DNA of 39,688 nucleotides from a virus (Duplodnaviria; Caudoviricetes). The translations under genes and the position numbers were made by a program. Position 1 is the stretch's first letter. Each line of letters starts with the position of its first letter. The stretch covers positions 1 to 39,688 of IMG/VR virus record IMGVR_UViG_3300049167_000219. One strand, given 5' to 3'. Positions 33,937 to 39,688 of this stretch are shown here, one piece after another. Under the pieces are notes generated by a model. That model saw only the letters and a program-made list of their open reading frames with translations, was not told where the DNA came from and did no database searches.

Positions 33937-34985
33937 GCGATGCCGCCACTCTCGAACGGCCTGCCGTCATCGGTCACAACTCTGCAGCCGTCGGCGAGAT
34001 GATCAAGGCTGAGCCGGCCGTCGTCTATCGTGACGAGACCGTGCTGCCGTCGTTCATCGCCGAGATCAAGGCGGAGATCGCCGCGCTGCCGGTCGACCTG
34101 ACAACGACCAGCGGGCGCGATGCGATAAAGTCGTTGTCCGCTTCAATCTCGCGGCGGAAGACGCCGATCGTGGATGCCGGCCTCGCCCTGACCGAGGGCT
34201 GGCGCAAACAGACGACGGCCGTCGACGCCTTGAAGGCGAAGGTAATCGCCGAGATGGACGCGCTGCGCGATGAGGCTCGTGCCCCGCTGACCGAATGGGA
34301 AGCCGCCGAGGATAAGCGGAAAACCGCAATCGTCAGCGCCCTCACGTTCTTCGCCCAAGCTGCCGTTGTTCCGGCCGGATCGACCGTTGAGAGCATCGAC
34401 GCCACGGTCGCGCGGGTCGAGGCGATCCAGATCGGCCACGAGTTCGGCGACAGCCTCGCGCGCGCCAAAGAGGATCAGTCTGCCGCGCTCGCGAAGCTGA
34501 AGGAGGCCCGCGCCGCCATCGTCAAGGCAGACGCCGAGCGTGCCGAGTTGGAGAAGCTGCGCGCCGAGGCGCAGGAACGCGAGCGCGCGGCCCAGGAGGT
34601 CGAGGCCAAGCGCCTTGCCGACGAGGCTGAAAGGCAGCGCATCGCTGATACCGAGCGCCGCGCAACCGAGGCCGCGGAAGCGAGGGCGAAGGAAGCGGCC
34701 GATGCCGCAGTTGCAGCCGAACGTCGCAAGGCAGAACTGGCCGAGCAGGCACTGGCTGACGAGCAGCGCCGCCAGCGCGAGGCCCAAGCCGCGGAACAGC
34801 GCCGGCTTGACGCCACCGCAGCCGAAGACGCTCGCCGGCAGGCCGACCAAGAGCACCGTGGCGCCATCATGCGCTCCGCCAAGGAAGCCCTGATCGAGCA
34901 CGGCGGCATCAGCGAAGCAGCGGCCAAGAAGGTCGTGCTCGCCATTGTCGCCGGCACCATTCCCGCCGTCACCCTGAAATTCTGA
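33933..34985 (+). CDS. Coiled-coil phage protein of the recombination module
   Basis: DLTTTSGRDAIKS, LRDEARAPLTEWE, E/A/R-rich coil, IPAVTLKF. Confidence 0.75.
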   Translation: MSDAATLERPAVIGHNSAAVGEMIKAEPAVVYRDETVLPSFIAEIKAEIAALPVDLTTTSGRDAIKSLSASISRRKTPIVDAGLALTEGWRKQTTAVDALKAKVIAEMDALRDEARAPLTEWEAAEDKRKTAIVSALTFFAQAAVVPAGSTVESIDATVARVEAIQIGHEFGDSLARAKEDQSAALAKLKEARAAIVKADAERAELEKLRAEAQERERAAQEVEAKRLADEAERQRIADTERRATEAAEARAKEAADAAVAAERRKAELAEQALADEQRRQREAQAAEQRRLDATAAEDARRQADQEHRGAIMRSAKEALIEHGGISEAAAKKVVLAIVAGTIPAVTLKF

Positions 34986-34993
34986 GGTCCGAC

Positions 34994-35767
34994 ATGAGCG
35001 AAGCAGCACTGACCGTCATTGACGGTGACTTCAACCGGGATCCGCCGCCGGCTTATGCCGTTTCCGCCATCACTCCCATGGCGATGCTGAGCCAAGCCGT
35101 CGAACGCGGGATGGACCCGGCGACGATCGAGAAACTCATGACCCTCGCGGAGCAATGGGAATCGAAGCAGGCGCGTAAGGCATTCGACGCCGCTATGTCG
35201 GCAGCTAAAGCCGAAATCCCGGTCATTTCCAAGAACAAGCTGGTCGATTTCCCCACCGACAACGGGCGGAGCCGAACGACGTATCGGCACGAGGATCTCG
35301 GTGAGATCGCGCGCACTGTCGATCCCATCTTGGCCAAGCATGGCCTTTCCTACCGCTACCACACGACATCCGAGATCAATCAGCCGATCAGCGTGACCTG
35401 CATCGTTTCTCATCGCGACGGCCACAGCGAGAAGAACACGCTCACCGGACCTCGGGACGACAGCGGCAAGAAGAACGCAATCCAGCAGATGGGCAGCACG
35501 CTGACCTATCTGCAGCGCTACACGCTGAAGGCCGCACTCGGCCTCGCGGCAGCCGCCGATGACGATGGAGCATCTTCGGAAGATGGGCCAGACGTCGTTA
35601 CCGACGACCAAGTCGGCGAGCTGATCGAGCTGATGGATAGCGTCAACGCCGACAAGCCGAAGTTCCTCGAGCACTTCGCGATCGAGAGCGTCGCCGACCT
35701 TCCTGTGGCCAAGTTCAATCAGGCCGTCACCATGCTCAACGCCAAGCGCGGGAGGGCAGTATCATGA
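34994..35767 (+). CDS. ERF-family ssDNA annealing protein
   Basis: PILAKHGLS, H.DGH, QQMGSTLTYLQRYTL..ALGL...DDDG. Confidence 0.9.
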   Translation: MSEAALTVIDGDFNRDPPPAYAVSAITPMAMLSQAVERGMDPATIEKLMTLAEQWESKQARKAFDAAMSAAKAEIPVISKNKLVDFPTDNGRSRTTYRHEDLGEIARTVDPILAKHGLSYRYHTTSEINQPISVTCIVSHRDGHSEKNTLTGPRDDSGKKNAIQQMGSTLTYLQRYTLKAALGLAAAADDDGASSEDGPDVVTDDQVGELIELMDSVNADKPKFLEHFAIESVADLPVAKFNQAVTMLNAKRGRAVS

Positions 35768-36387
35768 TGGAGATCATCACCTGCGAACAGGGGACAGACG
35801 AGTGGTTCCGCTCCCGCATGGGCATTCCGACAGCGTCCGAGTTCGCCACTGTCATGGCCAAGGGCCGCAGCGGCGGAGATAGCAAGACGCGCCAGACCTA
35901 CCTCTACAAGCTGGCCGGCGAACTGATCACCGGCGAACCCATGGAGAGCTACAGCAACGCTCACATGGAGCGAGGCAAGGTCATGGAGGACGAAGCCCGC
36001 TCCTTCTACGAGTTCATGACGGACGCTCAGTGTGAGCGCGTCGGTTTCATCCGCAACGGCCGTAAGGGTGCATCGCCCGATAGCCTCATCGGCGCGAACG
36101 GCATGGTCGAGATCAAGACCAAGCTACCGCACCTCATGATCGAGACCATATTGCGCGGCGAGTTCCCGCCCGAGCACAAGGCTCAGTGCCAGGGCCAGCT
36201 CTGGGTTGCGGAGCGGGAATGGATCGACATCGCCGTTTACTGGCCCGGAATGCCGCCCTTCGTGCAGCGCGCCACCCGTGACGAAGCCTACATCCGCGAA
36301 CTGTCGGGGGCTGTCGACGCCTTCAACGCCGAGCTCGACATGATCGTCGACAAGGTCCGGGCGCACGGTCTTAGGAAGGCCGCGTGA
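35764..36387 (+). CDS. YqaJ/lambda-type exonuclease
   Basis: QGTDEW..R.G.PTAS, MERG..ME, ASPD, EIK, QCQGQLW. Confidence 0.92.
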   Translation: MMEIITCEQGTDEWFRSRMGIPTASEFATVMAKGRSGGDSKTRQTYLYKLAGELITGEPMESYSNAHMERGKVMEDEARSFYEFMTDAQCERVGFIRNGRKGASPDSLIGANGMVEIKTKLPHLMIETILRGEFPPEHKAQCQGQLWVAEREWIDIAVYWPGMPPFVQRATRDEAYIRELSGAVDAFNAELDMIVDKVRAHGLRKAA

Positions 36388-36782
36388 TGTCGCGCGCGCT
36401 CGTCATCCTGGACAGCCCGGTTGCTCGGCAGCGCGCCGCCCGTTGGGTGCAGAACGCTCCCTCGGGAACACGCGTCGAGTTCAAGGCCAGCAAGCGCACG
36501 CTCCCGCAGAATGATCGCATGTGGGCGATGCTCACCGAGCTCGCGCGGCAGCTACCTTGGCACGGCCTCTCCCTCACGCCTGACGATTGGAAGCTGATCT
36601 TCCTCGACGCGCTCAAGCGCGAGGTCCGCGCCGTTCCAAACCTCGACGGAACCGGCTTCGTCAACATCGGCCGCTCGTCCTCGGATCTGACCAAGAGCGA
36701 GATGGCTGAACTGATCGAGCTAATTTTTGCATTCGGCGCGCAGCACGGCGTCGTCTTCCAAGATGATCAGGTGGCGGCATGA
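36384..36782 (+). CDS. ninB: NinB/Orf recombination protein
   Basis: RTLPQNDRMWAML, DWK..F, SSDL...EM.ELIE.I.AFGA. Confidence 0.9.
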   Translation: MMSRALVILDSPVARQRAARWVQNAPSGTRVEFKASKRTLPQNDRMWAMLTELARQLPWHGLSLTPDDWKLIFLDALKREVRAVPNLDGTGFVNIGRSSSDLTKSEMAELIELIFAFGAQHGVVFQDDQVAA

Positions 36783-37147
36783 GCCGGTCGGTTCCCGAAT
36801 GGATCGGCAAGACGCCTGACGCCAAGGTTCCGCCGCGCGTCCGCGATCGGATCTTCGAGCGCGAGGGCCACCGTTGCCACCTCTCCGGCCGCGTCATCGC
36901 TGCCGGCGAGCCGTGGGAACTCGATCATCGCCAAGCCCTTATCAACGGCGGTGAGCATCGCGAGAGCAACCTGTTCCCGGCTCTCAAGGACAAACACCGC
37001 GCAAAGACGGCTGAAGACGTGGCGGAAAAGGCGAAGGCCTACGCCAGGCGCTCCAAGCATTTCGGCGCCGCCAAACGATCCACCTTCCCCTGCTCCAAGG
37101 CCAGCAAGTTCAAGAAAAAACTCGATGGCAGCGTGGTGCTCAGATGA
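36779..37147 (+). CDS. HNH endonuclease family protein
   Basis: WELDH...INGGEHRESNL...H..KT. Confidence 0.8.
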   Translation: MSRSVPEWIGKTPDAKVPPRVRDRIFEREGHRCHLSGRVIAAGEPWELDHRQALINGGEHRESNLFPALKDKHRAKTAEDVAEKAKAYARRSKHFGAAKRSTFPCSKASKFKKKLDGSVVLR

Positions 37148-37329
37148 CGACAGAGAACAAGACCGAGCGCGTGCAGCTCTTGATGTCACCTTCACAGGTT
37201 GAAGCGATCGACGAGTGGGGTTGGCAGCGACGCATCCGAACCCGAGCCGAGGCTATCCGACAGCTGGTCGATCTCGGCCTCACGATTCCCGCAATCGAGA
37301 AAACACCACTCCCTAGGAGGCAGATATGA
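37144..37329 (+). CDS. Ribbon-helix-helix protein
   Basis: RVQLLM...IDEW...RTRAEAIRQLV. Confidence 0.75.
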   Translation: MTTENKTERVQLLMSPSQVEAIDEWGWQRRIRTRAEAIRQLVDLGLTIPAIEKTPLPRRQI

Positions 37330-37757
37330 GCACGGAGACGAAGTTCACGCCGGGGCGGTGGAAGCAAGCTCACGTGACGCTTGGCAGTGGCGAGACAGAC
37401 TTCCTCGTGTGGCCCGCAACCTTCAAGACCGCGTTCGACGCGATGCGGGACGGCTCTCTTATCGCGAGCGTCTTCGCAGAAGAGGATGGCGCGGCCAGCA
37501 GCCCTACCGCGATGGCCAACGCCCGCCTGATCGCCGCCGCGCCGGACATGTACGAGGCGCTCCATCGGATAGCCTTTGCTGCGTCCGGCGGCACTGGTCC
37601 GACCCTGACAGAGTCCATCGCCATAGCGAAGGCAGCTCTCGCCAAGGCGGTGCGCCCACGACCTGGCAAGCCGCCTTCGGCCTATCGCTCCTCATCGGCG
37701 TGCCCTGCTACTTCGCTGGCTTCGTCGTCAGAGGCATGTTCCCTCGCGTCAACCTAG
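37326..37757 (+). CDS. Hypothetical phage protein (3' end possibly rearranged)
   Basis: TPGRW and ANARLIAAAPDMYEAL motifs; AGGAGG RBS. Confidence 0.65.
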   Translation: MSTETKFTPGRWKQAHVTLGSGETDFLVWPATFKTAFDAMRDGSLIASVFAEEDGAASSPTAMANARLIAAAPDMYEALHRIAFAASGGTGPTLTESIAIAKAALAKAVRPRPGKPPSAYRSSSACPATSLASSSEACSLAST

Positions 37758-37818
37758 AGCAAGAGGAAGAACCTGTAGGGGACTTCCCTTATTCGTCTCA
37801 TGTGATGAAGGATGGTTT

Positions 37819-38352
37819 GTGATGGCATCCGCGAGCTATCCCAACGAACCTTTAGACGAAAAGCCCGCCAGCCCGGTCGCTTGGGCTTACGTCAACGATT
37901 TAGGCGAATGCGAAGAGATACAATGGGGCGGTGAGCAATTCGATGACCCAGATGTCATCCCACTCTACAAGACGCCGGACATCGCGAGGCGAAAAGTTAT
38001 GGTGAAGATCAAGGCGCTGGAATGGGGGCGCGCTTGTCCGGTGCCTGACGGGGCATGGTCAAAGACCTACCTGCAACAACGCATAGGTCATCATGGCCTT
38101 GGTCGCTACGCAGGCTCCTACACCGTGCAGGAAATGGAGCCCGGCGGGGCTTGGGGCTGGTGGTGCACATGGACAAGCGACCGTCTCCCGGAAGGCGTTG
38201 AACTCACAGAAGAGGCCGCGCGGAAAGCGTGCCAGAACGACTTCGAAGCACGAATCCGCTCTGTTTTGATCCAACCTGAAGGCGACGCCGTCCTAGAAGA
38301 GGAAGCTGGGACCCTCGCGGATGCCAACTCAAAACAAAAGCCCCTCCCATGA
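37819..38352 (+). CDS. Hypothetical phage protein
   Basis: PVAW...PLY and VKIKALEW...CQNDFEARIRS modules. Confidence 0.65.
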   Translation: MMASASYPNEPLDEKPASPVAWAYVNDLGECEEIQWGGEQFDDPDVIPLYKTPDIARRKVMVKIKALEWGRACPVPDGAWSKTYLQQRIGHHGLGRYAGSYTVQEMEPGGAWGWWCTWTSDRLPEGVELTEEAARKACQNDFEARIRSVLIQPEGDAVLEEEAGTLADANSKQKPLP

Positions 38353-38747
38353 CAAGGGCGGTAGAGATGGAACTGCACACGCCGGCTGAAGCGTGCGAGC
38401 TGCTGAAATGCAGCGAGAAGGTCCTGCGCGCCTACGTCCAGGCTGGCGCGCTCTCCTACATTCTCAAGGGCAATGGCTTGAAGCGGCCAAGGCGGCTGTT
38501 CCATCCTGATGACCTAGCCGCCTTCATCTCGCGCCAGCGGAGGACCGCATGTCCGTCTACAAGCCGAAAGGCCGCGACTACTACGTCATCGACTTCAAAT
38601 GTGGTGGCCGTCGATTTTGCATCAGTACCGAAACCACCACGAAACGTGCCGCCGAGTCGCAGCAGGTTACCGAGCGCGAAAAAGCAAAGCAGCTCATCGC
38701 CGCAGAGAAAGCAGCAGCAGCAGCCTTCCGAGGCGAGGCCCCGCTGA
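38349..38747 (+). CDS. Excisionase-like HTH protein
   Basis: TPAEACELLKCSEKVLR...RRLFHPDDLAAFI; directly before int. Confidence 0.8.
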   Translation: MTRAVEMELHTPAEACELLKCSEKVLRAYVQAGALSYILKGNGLKRPRRLFHPDDLAAFISRQRRTACPSTSRKAATTTSSTSNVVAVDFASVPKPPRNVPPSRSRLPSAKKQSSSSPQRKQQQQPSEARPR

Positions 38748-39688
38748 CAATGACCGCAGCCGTCGCGCGATATTGGGAAGAATCCGGCAAGCGTCACGCC
38801 AACGCCGCGACGACTTGGACCGACCTCAACCGGGCCATGGCGCATTTCGGCGCGCAACGGCGGATCGACGATATCCGCGACACCGATATGGCCGACTTCG
38901 TTGCCAAGCGGCGCGGTCACCGCGTCAAAGATCGAAAGAAGACCCCATTCCTCCAGCCCTCGACCGTCAACCGCTCGACCGTGGATCTGATGCGCAAGCT
39001 CCTGACGCACGCCCGAAAGAAGTGGAAGATCGCCCTGCCCCATGAGCCCGAATGGAAAGAGCACCGGCTGCGGGAGGCCGGCGAGAAGGTCCGCGAGATG
39101 AAGGCTGGCGCGCAGGAGGACGGCATCGCCGAGGCGCTTGGGACTGGCTACCGCGACCTGTGGCGCTTCGCCTTGGCGAGCGGCCTGCGCCTTGCCGAGT
39201 GCTTCCTGAGCTGGGATCAGATCGATTGGGAAGCCGAGACCGTCACCGTCACGCAGAAAGGTGACCGGACGCACACGATACCGCTGACGCGAGCCATGCG
39301 TGCGATCATCTCAAGCTGCCGAGGGCAGCACGACGTGTTCGTGTTCTGCTACACCGCGCAGCGGACGCGGGGCGAGAAGGAAGCCTTGCGCGAGCGCGGC
39401 AAGCGCTACCCGGTCACCTATGAGGGCATGAAGACGGAATGGCGCCGGAAGGTGAAGACCGATCTCGACCTCGATCTGCGCTTCCATGACATGCGCCACA
39501 CCCGCGCGACCAGGACGCTGCGCGAGACCGGAAACCTCAAGGTCGTGCAGCGCCTGCTGGGCCATTCCGACATATCGACCACGTCGAATTACTACGCTCA
39601 CGTGACCATGGACGATGTGCGCGCCGCGCTCGATGGCGACACAGAATCCCGACAAAAGTCCCGACGCGCTACCAAGCGCACCACGTAA
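38549..39688 (+). CDS. int: Tyrosine integrase
   Basis: GLR..E, K, HDMRH, LLGH, Y catalytic set; ends with TAA at 39688. Confidence 0.95.
   Translation: MSVYKPKGRDYYVIDFKCGGRRFCISTETTTKRAAESQQVTEREKAKQLIAAEKAAAAAFRGEAPLTMTAAVARYWEESGKRHANAATTWTDLNRAMAHFGAQRRIDDIRDTDMADFVAKRRGHRVKDRKKTPFLQPSTVNRSTVDLMRKLLTHARKKWKIALPHEPEWKEHRLREAGEKVREMKAGAQEDGIAEALGTGYRDLWRFALASGLRLAECFLSWDQIDWEAETVTVTQKGDRTHTIPLTRAMRAIISSCRGQHDVFVFCYTAQRTRGEKEALRERGKRYPVTYEGMKTEWRRKVKTDLDLDLRFHDMRHTRATRTLRETGNLKVVQRLLGHSDISTTSNYYAHVTMDDVRAALDGDTESRQKSRRATKRTT
39647..39665 (+). repeat. Tandem TCCCGAC repeat, candidate integrase arm-type sites
   Basis: TCCCGAC-AAAAG-TCCCGAC at the int 3' end. Confidence 0.5.

Larger units (their letters stand above)
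1..39688. mobile_element. Temperate myovirus-type prophage (partial; tail fibre and lysis genes lie beyond the left edge)
   Basis: Continuous lambdoid gene order from integrase through immunity, replication and packaging to head and tail genes. Confidence 0.97.

Noticed and set aside
1-39688. tRNA, rRNA, reverse transcriptase/DGR, IS elements, lysis cassette, full CtrA boxes
   Set aside because: None recognised by eye; not an exhaustive scan, so covariance and motif searches are still needed

Overview
The window is most of a temperate, contractile-tailed (myovirus-type) prophage of an alphaproteobacterium. GcrA, GapR, GTTC-N7-GTTC and GGAAC-N17-(C)GTT motifs point to a Hyphomicrobiales-like host (inference). 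The minus strand from ~20 kb to 1 carries the late operon: terminases, DUF1073 portal, Mu-F/gp7, DUF2213 protease/scaffold, DUF2184 capsid, neck, DUF3383 sheath, DUF3277 tube, frameshifting chaperone, tape measure and baseplate, with baseplate J cut by the window edge. 20.0-22.9 kb is a cargo island of small ORFs plus ybiI/TraR and PfpI, with general-stress promoter motifs and a repeated terminator. 23-30.9 kb (minus) is the cro-side early operon: NusG paralogue, replication initiator, DUF559, DNA MTase, RusA, LexA-like, GcrA, GapR fusion, frameshifted CII-like gene and Cro. Next come cI with five palindromic operators, a two-gene operon behind a host SOS box, and the plus-strand early operon (ERF, YqaJ, NinB, HNH, Xis, tyrosine integrase ending at the last base). 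The most notable observations are a GapR protein carrying an FtsZ C-terminal-peptide-like motif, a small protein ending in an SSB-like tail, the SOS-box operon, and the stress-regulated cargo island. All family calls come from motif recognition and synteny; no searches were run.
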